A DNA stretch of 64,000 bases from the human T2T-CHM13v2.0 reference genome, Homo sapiens: NCBI RefSeq assembly GCF_009914755.1, contig NC_060934.1, one strand, 5' to 3'. A program made the position numbers and the translations under genes. The notes under the pieces are model-generated. The model was not told the origin of the DNA, made no database searches, and was given only the letters and a program-made list of their open reading frames with translations. Every line of letters begins with the position of its first letter. Positions within the stretch are counted from its first letter, which is position 1. Below are positions 45,545 to 61,891 of the stretch, in pieces.

Positions 45545-47425
45545 CACATTCACTATCTCCTAGTTTCTACTGCATTTACTATGGAATCTCCGTTAGAACT
45601 GCTGTCAGATTATGTTACAACTACTTCATTGTCTCTTCCTCACTCAGGCCATGTGTTTCTTAAATCCAGTGACAATGTCTTAGACACCTTTGTGTTCTCG
45701 GTGCTGAGCATAAGGCCCAGAGTAGATGTGTGGATAAACGAATTAAAATAAAATCCCAGAATTATTCTCTTTATATCCTTCCTTGGAAGTACTTCTTATT
45801 AATAATGAGTATGAATACCTTTGTGTTCTGAAGAAATTTTGTGAAGAATTATCTAGTATTTTAAAATTATGTAATTACACATTACAACCAGTGATTTCAA
45901 AACTGTATGCGGTAACTTTTAAAGATAAAATCTGGATAGCCTGAAGAATCTAGGGGCCTTTAGTTGAGTAACATCAAAGAGGCATATTCTGTAGAACTGC
46001 TGATAACATCATAACGACAATAAGCACCAGCTTTAGAGCTCAAGAGACTGAAGGCCAAGCTCTGGCTCTGCCCCATACATCACACACAGTGACCATGAAC
46101 AACTTTTTATTATCTCTGGAACTTAATTTTCTCATGTATAAAATAAGTGCTGTTGAAAACAAACATACAAACTTGGATAGTGTTTAGCAAAGTGTCTGGT
46201 ACATAATATTACTAATGATGACCAAATCTTGAAATTTTGCCCTAATTATTAGTATTTCAGAGATTTCTATAACAGAGTTATTTTAGAAATATAAAGTCGT
46301 TTAATCAATTTGTATTATTTGTAAACATAAAAGTTTTCATGAGATCATGGAGTAAAAAGCCACCTCACAATGGAGAATTTTCCATAGGCATTACCTTGAT
46401 TTTAGTCCGCTGCAATGTAAACTTTGCAGTAGGTTGACATGATTGTATGTTGAGGAGATAATTTCTATGTTGACAAGCGTTTAAAACATCATACATTTGG
46501 TAGAAATATTACCTTGTTTAGATTAAACATAAGGTTTATTTGAAATGTCCATAGTAGCAGCTCTATTATCTAATGTGATTGCCATTGGTGGATAAATTTG
46601 TCAGTAATTGAAAAGAGATTCGTGAAAATAAGATGCACATATTTTAAGTATTTATGTTATTTGTCAATTTTTTCTGATGAAAAGCCAGTGCCTTTCCTTT
46701 GAGTGTAGGTACACTGATTGGAATGCTCACTCATCTTTCTTGTATAAATTATACCCACAATACATTTTCTACTGTTTCTACTAGTTCCCATTTATTAAGA
46801 GCAGCGCTTGAAGTTAAAGACCATTGTAAAGCTGTCTGAAAGCAGAGTCTGTCTAAAGTTTTACAAATGTATCCTACTCTTTCATGGATATCTCACCCAC
46901 ATCTTATTGATTAATTTTCTTTCAAACTTGCTTTTATGAACTCTTTCTAATGTACTCAACTAGGTTTTTATAGAAACCAAAGTCTCTCTTTCCACATTCA
47001 TATTTCCTCAGTCTGTGTGTATTTAATTGTGTAATTCTAATAGTAAACTGGCATAAACTGACTTGAGAAAAATGTAAGCAACTCATTGTAAGCATAAAAC
47101 CCGTGAGTAGACATTCTAGAAAATAACTTACTAAGTGTAATTGTTCATTGTAACGTCAGTCAAATGTCTTATAGAAAAAATGGAGACCATGGCTCAGTCA
47201 GGTGTACTAGTTAGGAGCGCTGGGAGCGTCAGCTGGATTTAATTTTGAGAGCTTAGTTCCCCTCTATGAACTGAATTTTGCTAATTAGAAATGCCATGGG
47301 ATTCAGAGCTTTTGACCCTTAAAATGTTTTAAACTTTTATAACCTTGTTGTAAGGTTATTTCAAGGCAATTCAATTTAAGATGTTGCTTAGTGTTTGAAT
47401 TTTATCTTTTGCCAAGCAATTTCTC

Positions 47426-47475
47426 TTTTTATTAGGGCACATGGATCCTCTCTAATCCATGTGCCCTAATAAAAA
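47426..47475. repeat. Perfect inverted repeat (21-bp arms, 8-nt spacer)
   Basis: TTTTTATTAGGGCACATGGAT-cctctcta-ATCCATGTGCCCTAATAAAAA. Confidence 0.95.
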
Positions 47476-50151
47476 TACTAGCTTAAATTTAAAGAAGGAA
47501 TTGGACAATCATATCCTGAGGAAACAGTATCTGCCAAACACTTGCTGGGGAAAAACACCAATAATGTCCTAATGCTCAACTGAACACTCACATCCCTAAA
47601 TCCTTCCTGAGCAGCCAAGCTTTAAGAATACTTCCTGACACTTTTACCTAACTTGATGTCAAACGTTTTTAATGCAACTCACAGAGAACTGATCGTTGGT
47701 CAACTCACATAAGTCTCTTTTGGCCTCTGATTAATATAAATATTTTCTTAAATAGAAACAATTCAATGTTCTTTGTTTAGGCTGAAATCCCATATTTCAA
47801 AGGATTATGAAATAAATGTGTTTGCTATAGGGTAGATGAAAAGAAGATCTGACATTTGAAAATCTTGATATAATTGATCTGATAAATTCTTAACTCCCGC
47901 TGACGTCGATGAGAGAGAAGGGCATGTGTAAAGAGCCAGAGGTCACGTTTGAAGTATTTGAAATTTGGAAATGTTGCCAAGAGGGTTATCTAAACCTTAC
48001 TGATGCCGCTCATTTGTTGAGCTGTTTGGCTGGGAAAGATAAAAATTTGCATGACTCTCTAAAATGTAACAGGTTAGATTGGTGCAAGTTTACAGATTTT
48101 TTTTTTCCTTTGTAGCATTTTAAAATCTGGGAAATTTTACAATTAAAGAGTGAAACAGAGGTTGATACTAGGCTTATGTTATTGCATGACAGCAAATGGC
48201 TGGAGCTAAGCAGCAACTGCTCCTATATAGGATCTTTCCCCTCTAATACCCTATGGTTCCCCCATTCCCATCCATAACACGTGCCCATAGCCAGTCATTT
48301 CTGTTACCTCCTGACAAATTACCCGTAAGCAGGTGAATTTGCAATTCCTCTCATGGACTTTAACTTTTTTTTTCTTTAAATGTAAGTTTTGTATACAAAG
48401 GTATACTTATCTAGAAGGATTAGGTTCTTCCAATGTAATGAATTGTTCCTTCTGCTGTCTGCATGAACACTTTCAGGCTGTTGTGTTGTACCTTAGTCTA
48501 CTGCAAACACTCAAAGCAGAAGATGCCTCCCCCTGACATTAAGAATCCCAGTTTAGACAGATTTAAGAATTTACAGCTTTAATGCAGACGTGACATCTTG
48601 CAAATACATCTTCAGATGAATATCTCCCTAAACCCAAGGCATATGTGGTCATTTACCTTTTGAGTGCCCTGTGCATTCCTGGGTTTCCTGATTCTTCAGA
48701 TTACATGCAATTTGCATTGTGTTTTCTTGGTGACAGTATTGAAGTATGAAGGGAACCCCAGGATTGACTGGGTTTTTGTCCTGATTTCCTGAAACGTCTG
48801 AACAGGTTGCCCTTGACCAATGTCCTTGTCACTAAGACTTGTTGATGGTGCTTCCCCAGTGGTTTGGCATAAGGAGCAGCAGGGTTGGAGATCATCCCGG
48901 AAGGAGAGGGGATCTGAGGACAAAGACAGACTAAAGATAGTGGGGAGGTTGGAGAAAGTGTGGCAAGTAGGATCAGGCCAAGGCTGCAACAGGAAAGGTA
49001 CAGCTAAGGACAACAACTAGAGTGGAAACGAAGCTAGAAATGAGTGGAAAATGAAAAGAAAGAAGAGTTTTCTTGTCTGTTTTTATACTTACTGCTAAGG
49101 TCGGGCATTCATTTCTGCTAGATATGAAATGTGTGAACCAATCTTCATAACTGGGATTATATGGAAGCTAAAGAGAAAAAAATGATTTCTAAGGAAATAG
49201 ACTTACATTTCTAGTTACTTAGAACCCTTCACACATATTTAAAGTTTTATTTTTGGTCATTAGCAAATGGAAGGATAAATTGGCTAATTAGAGTCTTATA
49301 CTTAAGTGGCTTCCTAATCCTTAAATTCTCTTAGTCTGCAGACCAGTGTGTCTGTCCATGGGAGATTCCAGTATTAGTAAAGGTATTTCTTGTGGTCTAT
49401 TTACAGCCCTCTTTCTGGGAACCCTGATTAGTACATATGATAAAACTGCTTGAAAAGGAATCTGTGCATGAAAGAAGGTGGGGAAATGGGCTGTGGTTTG
49501 ACTGGAGAAAGCAGAGCTTATATGGCAAAATAGCTCACTTTTAAAATCCTCATATAAATAAAATGTTTTTCTTAATATTATTGTTTGGCTCTTTTCTCGG
49601 GTAAGTGCATGAACCATATATCTTTGACCTTGGCTCTAAAATATGAATTTTATCTTGCAAGAATGCAGGGTCACGGGTTATAGATCATAGGTTGTTTGAG
49701 GTGAAAAAGACTTAGAGATCTGCTAGTCCAATCCTTAATTTTATGTTCGAAAAAATGTATTCCAGTCTCTGTCATATTTAAATAACTCTGAATACATTGG
49801 AACATATGAGGTGATATATCTGTTTTAATTTATTTTTTTGTAGAGGGAACTTCTGGGGAGCCTTCTTTGCTCATGCTCTAGTCTAGATTTGTGCTTTCTG
49901 AGCCTGGGCACAGGGGTCACCCTGGGACTTCACTACCATCTTAGGACTTGCTTTGCCTCTCTCTTATGTGGGATCCTGAGTTTCCTTGTTTCTATGTCTT
50001 TCTCTTTTTTGGTTAATATATTCCTTTTGGTGGAGAACATTGTCCTGCATCTTTTAGAGTATGGGGGCATAGATGATAAAGGTTTTGAGGTCTCCCATGC
50101 TTAAAAAGTCTTTATCTCCACACTTATTGATAACTTGGCTAGATATATGTC

Positions 50152-50502
50152 TGTATTAGTTTGTCCTCACACTGCTAATAAAGACGTACCTCAGACTGGG
50201 TAATTTATAAAGAAAAGAGGTTTAATTGACTCACAGTTCCACATGGCTGGGGAGGCCTCACAATCATGGAGGAAGGCGAAAGGCACATATTACAAACTGG
50301 CAGGCAAGAGAGAGCTTGTGTAAGAAACCTCTCTTTATAAAACCATCAGATCTCATGAGACTTACTCACCATCACAAGAACATGGGAAAAACCTGTCCCC
50401 ATCATTCAATTACCTCCCACCAGGTCTCCCCCATGACACATGGGAATTATGGAAGCTGCAATTCAGATGAGATTTGGGTGGGGACACAGCAAAACCATGT
50501 CA
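50152..50502 (-). mobile_element. THE1 (B/D-like) MaLR solo LTR
   Basis: TGTATTAGT...CTGCTAATAAAGAC...GAGATTTGGGTGGGGACACAG...CATGTCA with 5-bp TSD ATGTC. Confidence 0.9.
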
Positions 50503-50503
50503 A

Positions 50504-50918
50504 TGTCGTAGTCCATTTGTGTTGCTATAAAGGCATACCCGAGGCTGAGTAATTTATAAAGAAAAGAAGTTCATTTGGCTCATGGTTCTGCAGGCTGTAC
50601 AAGAAGTGCAGTGCCAGCATCTACTTCAAGTGAGGCACTCAGGCTGCTTCCACTCATGGCAAGTGTGTACAGAGATCACATGGCAAGAATGGAAGCAAAA
50701 GGGTGGAGGACATGCCAGGCTCTTTTTAATAAGCAGCTCTCCTGGGAACTAATAGGGTGAGAAGGCACCCATTACAGCAAGAATGGCACCAGGACATCCA
50801 TGAGGCATCCTCCTGCATGACCCCACACACCTTCCATTAGGCCCCATCTCCAACACTGGGGATCAAATTTCAACATGAGACTTAGTGGGGGCAAACACAC
50901 CATATCCAAACCATAGCA
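50504..50918 (-). mobile_element. MST (MSTB-like) MaLR solo LTR, within an old antisense L1M
   Basis: GGCTCATGGTTCTGCAGGCTGTACAAGAAG...CTCCAACACTGGGGATCAAATTTCAACATGAGA...CCAAACCATAGCA. Confidence 0.85.
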
Positions 50919-51497
50919 GTACAAAATTTTGGAAATCACTCTGATCTCTGAATTTTGAAGACATTTTGTCTTTGGGTTTTAGCTTCTAGTGTTGGCATTA
51001 AAATGACTGATACTGGTTTGTCTCCTGATTCCTTCTATATGACAGTTTTTCATTCTAGCAGTTTTTATTGCTTGTGTACTGGTGATGGGTCTTCAATTGG
51101 TCTTTTTCATTATACTGGGTACTAGGTTAGTCCAACAAATCTGGAAACTTTTGCCTTCCAGTTCTAGGAATTTGGTATAAATTATTACTTTAATAATTTT
51201 CTACCTTTTTTTTTTCCTGTGGTCTTTACTTTCTTTCAGTTTCAATATCTACTCTTTTCTCTGATGCTATAATGATAATTTTCTAAGTTTTCTTATGATA
51301 ATATTTTTGTATCTTTTCATCTTTGATGGTCATTTTTAATGTATTTTCCACCCTCTTTTTATGTTAGAGAACTTTCTTATTTACTTGGTAATTCTAATTT
51401 TTCTCTTACTGATAAGGAATGAGGAACTAAAAAAAGGTTTTAAAGTTTATGAGCAAGGAAGAAAAACTTGTGATCTGCTAAGTTCTTGTGTCTATAA

Positions 51498-52042
<545 letters not shown>

Positions 52043-52100
52043 CAAGATTTGTTTTTCTTAAGCATTTCAAGCAATCTGGAAAAAAGCAGTATGGATTTAA

Positions 52101-52394
<294 letters not shown>

Positions 52395-53172
52395 TTATAA
52401 CCGTCAATATTTGTCTAAGGCCAGAGCTTTGAGTTAGGATGATATCACCAAATATCAGACACCTTCCATTTAATTCAACAACAATGTATTGCACTCCCTT
52501 GTTAGCATTCCACATAATTACCACTGAAAGAAAAGTAAACAAATAAAAAATAAAATAGTACACTCTATCTCACAAGGCTTACGTGCTAATATAGTCATGC
52601 ATCACTTAATGATGAGATTACATTCAGGTAAATGCATCCTTAGGCAATTTCACCATTGTGTGGACATCATAGAGAGTAGTTAGACAAACCTAGATAGTGT
52701 GTAGTCTATACTGAGCTAGGCTATATAGTATAGCCTATTGCTCCTAGACTATAAAACCATGCAACATGTTACTGTACTGAATATTGCAGATAATTGTAAC
52801 ACAATGGTAAGTGTTTGTGTTTATAAACACATCTAAATAAAGAAAAGGTATGGTCAAAATATGATATAAGAGATTAAAAAAAAGGGTACAGCTACACAGG
52901 ACACATACCTTGAATGGAGTTTGCAGGACTGGAAGTTGCACTGGGTTAGTGAGTGAGTGAGTGGTGAGTGAAAATGAAGGGTTAGAACATTACTGTTCAT
53001 TACTATTGGCTTTCTAACCATTTAGTCTACACTAAATTTATAAAATCTTTTCTTTCTTCAATCATAAGTTAATCTTAGTTACTGTAACTTTTTTTTTTAC
53101 TTTATAAGCTTTTAAATTTTGTTAAACTTTTTGACTCTTTTGTAATAGCACTTGACTTAAAACACAAACACA

Positions 53173-53522
<350 letters not shown>

Positions 53523-53925
53523 TCATGCTATGAGCTTTTCTCTATTTTAAAAATTATTTATTTATTTTTTAACTTTTTAAACGGTTTTGTTAAAAACTAA
53601 GACACAAATTCACACATTAGCCTAGGGCTACCCAGGTCAGGATTATCCATATCACTGTCTTCCACCTCCACATCTTGTCCCACTGGAAGGTCTTCAGGGA
53701 CAATAACACTCATGGAGTTGTCATCTCCTATGATAACAATGCCTTCTTCTGGAATATTTCCTCGAGGACCTGCCTGAGGCTGGTTTACAGTTAACATTTC
53801 TTTTTTTAAGTAGAAGGAGTACACTCTAAGGTAATGATTAAAAAGTATAGCAAATACATAAACCAGTAATATAGTTGTTTGTTATCATTATCAACTATTA
53901 TGTACTATACATAATTGTATGTGCT

Positions 53926-54208
53926 AAACTAACACAGGAACAGAAAACTGAACACTGCATGCTCTCACTCATAAGTGGGAGTTGAACAATGAGAACACGT
54001 GGACACAGGGAGGGGAACATCACACACCAGGGCCTGTTGGGGGATGGGGGCAAGGGGAGGGAGAGCATTAAAACCTACATCTAGGCTTAAAACCTAGGTG
54101 ATAGGTTGATAGGTGCAGAAAACCACCATGGCACATGTATATCTATGTAACAAACCTACCTGTTCTGCACTTGTATCCCAGAACTTAAAGCAGAATAAAA
54201 TAAAAAAT
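53926..54208 (+). mobile_element. L1PA (about PA8-PA10) 3' end
   Basis: TCTCACTCATAAGTGGGAGTTGAACAATGAGAACAC...GGCTTAAAACCTAG...CCCAGAACTTAAAG plus A-tail. Confidence 0.85.
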
Positions 54209-55374
54209 AACTATATGTATGTAGACTTGTATAGGACTGGCACTGCAGTTTTATTCACACCAGCAGCACCACAAATGCATGAGTAATTTGTTGCTCTATG
54301 ATGATGTGAGGGCGACTATGATATCACTAGATAATATGAATATTTCAGCTCCATTATAATCTTATGGAACCCTCATTGAATACCCTGTCTGTCATTAACC
54401 AAAACATTGCTAATCAGCGCATGACTCTACTTTCTGCCTGAGTCATGACATTGGACCTGCTACTGTGCTTTCAATTATTTTAATGGGAACTCTGAATTAG
54501 CTCACATAAATATCAAATTAATTAAGGTCCTCAAAAGTTTAAAATTGGAATTTTATATCCGCTTTTTTCCTGTGATCATTGTATGATTTCTGAAAATACT
54601 AATCCTATGTTGAACTTCTCTGTATTGCCTCAAACTGCCTTGCACCACGCATTCCCTAGCAGGTGTGCCATATGGGTTTGTGGTTATGAGGCTGACAATA
54701 AAATTCTGGTCAATATGACTATAATCTCTTAGATTTGATAGAAAAATCAATGCCTCACTTAAACTTGGGAGGTAGGGAGTGGGCGAAAAGATCCCACTGT
54801 AATTGCCACATGTGGTGAAGGAGATTCAGAGGTTAGGATCAGGTCCAGAGAAATGGAGCGTGGTAGAACTTGTACCTTCTTGTTATTTCTCAGATAAACA
54901 GTTTCCATGGTTCCCCAGTGAATATCGTTACTGGGACAAATAACAGAAGCAGTGATTGACTGGTTCAAAGTCAGATCTTTCATTTTTCATACCCTCGTCA
55001 AGATTGTCCCACACTGAGTATTTTATAACCTCTTATCTGCTGGCACTGGATGGAGTAGACCCTGAGTTTTCTGACCACAGCTCCATTTTTGGAATGTCAT
55101 GTTAAATACAGAAAGGATAGTGTAGCATTTCTCCTAAGAAATGGGAATTTGAATGAAAGTCTGCCTGTACATGATGCCAATTAAAGATCTATGTATATAT
55201 GGTGACTATAGTTAATAATAATTTACTGTAATCTTGAAGGTAGATTTTAAGTGTTTTCACCACAAAAAAAAAAGATATGTGAGGTAATGCATATGTTAAT
55301 TAGCTCAATTTACCATTCCACAATGTATACACATTTCAAAACAACATGTTATACATACAATTTTTCAAAATCTC

Positions 55375-55665
55375 TTTTTTACTTTTTGAGACAGGCTCTT
55401 GCTCTGCCACCCAAGCTGGAGTGCAGTGATATGATCACGGCTCACTGCAGCCTCGACCTCCCTGGCTCAAGTGATCCTCCCACCTCAGCCATCTGAGTAG
55501 CTGGGACTACAAACTCACACCACCATGCCCGGCTATTTTTTTTTCAGTAGAGAGGGTATCTCATTATGTTGTCCAGGTTGGTCTCTAACTACTGGCCTCG
55601 AGGGATCCTCCTGCCTTGGCCTTCCAAAATGCTGGGATTAAGGACATGAGCCACTGTGCACAGCC
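55375..55665 (-). mobile_element. AluJ inside an L1M 3' end (about 55195-55720)
   Basis: Antisense AluJ flanked by GGTGACTATAGTTAATAATAAT...GTGAGGTAATGCATATGTTAATTAGCTC. Confidence 0.88.
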
Positions 55666-55759
55666 AATTATAAACCATTTTTATCTGTCAAGTAAATAAA
55701 TATATAAGAAAAGAAATAATGTGTATATACATTCACATATGCATATTATATATGTTTGT

Positions 55760-56384
55760 ACGGTCAAGTCTCTTTATTCAAAGTAGTTACATTCTGTATG
55801 GTAACTGTAAATACTCAGTATGAAATACTGAACCATTACTTCTAGGAAAATTATACAGTTAGATTCCCTGTGGGCTCACAATATTCATTCTTACCAACTG
55901 CTCAATATGTAACCTTGTTTTATGTGATTATTTATTTAATATATATTTTGATTCATTTGCCTTGAACTCACAGCCAACAGCACTATAACTCATGTTTAAA
56001 GGAAGTTTATCTAACACACATTTTCTCTGTCAGGAACATCACAGCCTTCTTGCACTCAGGAACAGTAGACAGCAATTCAGCACTGCAGTTGGGGGCCATT
56101 TTAAACAGTGAAATCACCACCAAAAAGCACAAAAAAAATGAGAAAAACATGGCACTGAATAGACTGTGGAAAGGATGCTTGGTAGCAGTATGAGAGCTGA
56201 AACAAGAAGACAAAGTGTTGTGGCCTTGTTCACCTCGGTTGGGACTGCATAGGCAACTAAAATTTTTTCTCATTCTGAGTATGTCTATGAAAACATCACA
56301 GGTATTGATTTTGGAGTGACAGATTTTATCACAGCGGCAAATTTGCAAATACAGAATCTGTAAATCCACCAATAATGAGGATTT

Positions 56385-56388
<4 letters not shown>
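55760..56388 (-). mobile_element. MER82 (TcMar-Tigger) DNA transposon
   Basis: GGGGCCATTTTAAACAGTGAAATCACC, TATGAGAGCTGAAACAAGAAG and AATAATGAGGAT terminus. Confidence 0.8.

Positions 56389-56432
<44 letters not shown>
56387..56432. repeat. (TG)23 microsatellite
   Basis: Perfect repeat, read directly. Confidence 0.97.
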
Positions 56433-56436
<4 letters not shown>

Positions 56437-57081
56437 ATGGGCAAACAGCAAACAAAAGTAATCCCCCAAGATTGATTACCTCTTCAGCTTCACAGGTGAA
56501 TAAAAACTGACAAGCCTGACCTTGACCTTTTACCCAGTGGAAGGACAGTTCCTATTCCTATCAGCTATGGCAGCCAGCATGTCACAAGAGCCTCCAGGTT
56601 TGTTTTCCTTTCTCCTTCTTCCAGTAGGTTCTGTTTTATGAAAGAAGACAGATGAGTACACAGTGACCAGTATTTTGGGCTGATATCAGATAGGCATTGC
56701 TGAAGCAGCTGAAGCAAGCCTCTTTCTGCCTGGGGCAGAGATGTTAAACTCTTAACTACTGTGAGCCGCCCGAATTGCCAGAATTATCTGCTGTTGAATT
56801 ATTTAGTCATGCCACATAGGCAGGGTTTGATCAATTTCATTCCTTTGTCCCAGTTCATGACATTTTAAAAAATCTATTCTGCTTGAATAATTTCTATTCT
56901 TATCACATGGTACAGTGACTTACCTGGATCTGGAGGGAAAGACCAAATCATGTGTTAACATGTGGGATCAGGAGGAAACTATAGAAAGAAACATGGCTGA
57001 TTGTATTCACCCATACTATGGATAAGTAAAATTGTGAAAGCTGTCAATATTTGGTAGACTCATTTTAACTGTGTAAAATAA

Positions 57082-57936
<855 letters not shown>

Positions 57937-58237
57937 CTTTTTCAAAACTCCACTGACTAACTTATTTTGAAAGTTGTTTTCTGACTCTCCTTGAATGTTG
58001 CCAAGGGACGTTGGTATTTTATAACACTATGTCAAAGAGAAGTAATAGTATGGGGTGCATTGGAGGAGGGGAAAAATCTAGCATGGTCCTCAAAACCTTT
58101 TGCAGTTTAAAGTCCATGAGTGAGAGAAGGGTATCTGAAAAAACACTAGTTAAGAACTGATTCTGATCCTGAGAGGACTAATTACATGATTTTAGATGGA
58201 TCTTGGGACAATTTTAATCTTCAGGGATATTAGTTTT

Positions 58238-58790
58238 GGATTAGTCAGGACTCCTTTTTTAAGTGGAGAAAACCTATTCAAAAGGCTTCATGGTGAAAGG
58301 AAATGTATTGGTTTTCATAAAGCAATGAAAGTTCTATGCAGGCTTTAGGTATGGCTGGATCATGGGGTTCAAATGATGTCATCAAGAGTCAATTGTATTT
58401 TCTCCTTCCCTCAGTTCTGCTGTTCTCCTTGTTGGTTCTTTCTTTACACTGCCAAGTTGGCTTACATTCTAAAAATCACAGTAACACCAATTAGAAATGA
58501 GCTATTTTGTGTTACTGACAATTTTACAAAAGTCCCAGGATTTAATCCCTTTTTTCTTTTTTGGACCTGATGTTCATCCCTGAAGCAATCACTACAGTCC
58601 AGGGAATGCAGTGCTCTGATAGGTCAGACATCCATCACTTGACTGTTTCTGGATTCAGGGCAGGAGTTAGTGCCACATCTAACACTTGGAATAAAAGTAG
58701 GGTAGAGATTATTTTTCATAGAAAATCAGAGTATTGGTGTCAGAAGAAAAGTAAATGAATGCTGGGCAAGCAAAATAATAAATGCCTATT
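58238..58790 (-). mobile_element. Old MLT1 (J/K/L-like) LTR
   Basis: TTAGTCAGGACTC...GCTTTAGGTATGGCTGGATC...TCAAATGATGTCATCA...CAATCACT...TCTGATAGG. Confidence 0.55.
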
Positions 58791-60008
58791 TTGGTTCCAT
58801 TAAAACCATTGGCTTGCTATATACTTAAATTAAGACAATGAATATTGAAGTGCTTTGGAAACAACACATAAATGTACTATATTAATATAATTATTATTAC
58901 TGTATATTAATAGGGTCAATTTAATTAAATATATGTTTATATTTACATGTATATGTATATAGAGCTAATGACTACTCTTTAGTAGGTGTTATGGAAGATA
59001 TCAATGTAAGTAAGAAATAATGCTTGTTCTCAATGAATTTAAATGTATTGGGGATATTGATGGGAAAAAAATCATTCATTATAACAAAAAGCAGGAGGAA
59101 ATAATTACTAAAGAGCAATGTGGGTGGAGAAGGCAAGGAATGTTAGAATATATTAATTTTGAGCAAAAAAAAGTTTAGAACATAGATCAGTGCCTTAGTA
59201 AACCAAAAGATCTCACAGTTCTTGAAGAGAGCATGGGAGCCTCTGCTATCTGCAAGGGCAGAAGGAACAAGAAATATAATAGAAAGGGGATGAAATGGAC
59301 AACAGAGTTGGAGATGAAGAGGAGAGAAAGGAGAAAAATAATAGCATACAGAGAGACAAGGAGTACCCTGGGGTGAGAATGTGGAGGGTTCATTTCTTGT
59401 GGTTTACAATGGTCAGAATTAACTGTGAAAATTAAAAAACTCAGGGAGGCACTGTTTCTCCTTGACCTTCAGAAGCAGAGTCTCCAGCTGGGGCCCACAG
59501 ACACGTGTGAACAAGCCAACAAGCTCCTCCTGGGACTCTGAAGCATGTGACTGGTATAATTCTTTGAGGATTCATCAGAAGAGTGTTTACTAATATGCTG
59601 CCTTTTTTTTTCAATATGCTGCCTTTTTTTTTCTCTTTCCAAACATTTATGATCCCAAAATTAATACTTTGCTCTTTATGTGTTAAATGATGTTTATGCT
59701 CAATAATATTTTATTTACATTGCACATCAAGGTTGCACAATGTGGAGATGGAAATGAGTTGGTCTTGAAAGTTGAATTGTGTACTTAAAGCTTCAGTTGA
59801 AAAGAATTTATATACTATCATGGCCCATTGATACCTCATTTATCGGAATGCCACTTAATCAGCCACATCGACTATTGGGAGCCTAGCTAAGAGCCAGGGG
59901 AAAGAAAGGGAACTCTGAGCCATCAAAAGTGTGGCTATCATGCCCAGTCACTAAAACTCCTGACTTTACTCTTGGAAGAGTCCTTAAAGGCTGATTTACA
60001 ATCCTATG

Positions 60009-60048
60009 ACACACAGACACACACACAAACACACACACACACATACAC
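60009..60048. repeat. (CA)n microsatellite, imperfect
   Basis: Read directly. Confidence 0.9.
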
Positions 60049-61539
60049 ATGCTCCCTAACATTTAATCTACTTGTACATAGCAGATTAGATAGAACTAAG
60101 GATTCAGAACAGGATTCAAAACTAAGGTTTCAGAACAAGAGCATTTGGGGTGGCTGAGAAAGATTCTTAGAACCATCAGACTGAAATAATGCTGAACAGC
60201 TGAAAGTAAAAAGGAAAGTAAAGAACTATAAAAAGCCAAATCAAAATGAATGAATGAAAATATTAGGATACTGAGAGTGCCACAGAGATACATGGTCCTG
60301 ATTAGGGAGCCCGTGTTATCAAGAAGTAGCCACGGTCAATACCTTCTGCTTTAAATGGTAAAAAATAAGTCGTAAATTTGTAATTTGTATGTATATAATT
60401 ATATAACATGTATTAACCTTATAAAGTTGTAATTTATATTTTTGTAATATATGTAATTTAAAATTTATTTCTCTATCTCATGTATTTTTAAGAAGTTGAT
60501 GCTTAATGCAGTAAATTTCAGTTATTTCAAAAATTCATTTACCTGTAACTTACTATTCTGTTTCTGTTAAGTGAGACATTATGGCATTTTATTATTTAAT
60601 CTCCCCCAATATCTAATGTTTCATGAAGGAAGGAGCATGTCTAGGGAAGAAACAGTGATACATATATATTTTTTAAATATCTGTTTTCTATTTTGTTAGT
60701 TAACATTGTTTTCTAGCAAACCAGCAAATCAGAAACTGACTTAACTACTTATCACTGAGGTCTTTACTGCTAATAAAACATGCTTCACATTTCATTATAA
60801 ATGTTCCTTCCTAAAAATGGAAACTTCTTTCTTTGTGGGGCGAAGCTGGAATTCTGGGGTTTGAACTTCAGTGGAGACCTAAGCTGTATCCAGTTGTCTT
60901 GGGTGTCCATAGTTGTTACCAGGCAGAAATCACAGGGCTATATCCTAGGGGGCTCTTGGCTATTTCTTCTTTACCTACTGGAGTCCCTAATTTCTCACTT
61001 TGCTAAAAATGAGACAAATACCTAGCAACAAGCCTATGGTTATGCAAATGAAGTTATAATTTAAAGCTCTGTGCAAATCTCGATAGTGATGAATACAAGC
61101 AGAGATATTCCATATTCAGTGTAGAATGTTAAGGTGTCAGTAAAGAATGAAAGGGTCTGATTCCCTCCAGATTCTTGTGCAGTAGCTTTCAGATGTACAT
61201 TTAATTACACCTTCAAGTCAGGTATGTTAACACCTAATATTCTTGTTGAGGGTGACTGTACGTTGCTGGATCAGTTCGCCAATCTTTCCTTGTGTCCGCT
61301 TGAGACTCAAAATGGTGAATTGGATAAATATACACAATCCATGTTATTTTTATTGTTAACAAAATATTAAAATAACCTGATTACAAGATGGGTAATATTG
61401 ACTACAGGTAAGCCTGGGCTGAACCTCTACTTTGACTGTGTTTGAAATTCACAACTATGAATATTTCTGCCAAGAAATATGTTACCTTGACTAATGGAAA
61501 GCAGTGGCATAGTGGATGCCTTTTCCTCCTACCTCATAG

Positions 61540-61891
<352 letters not shown>

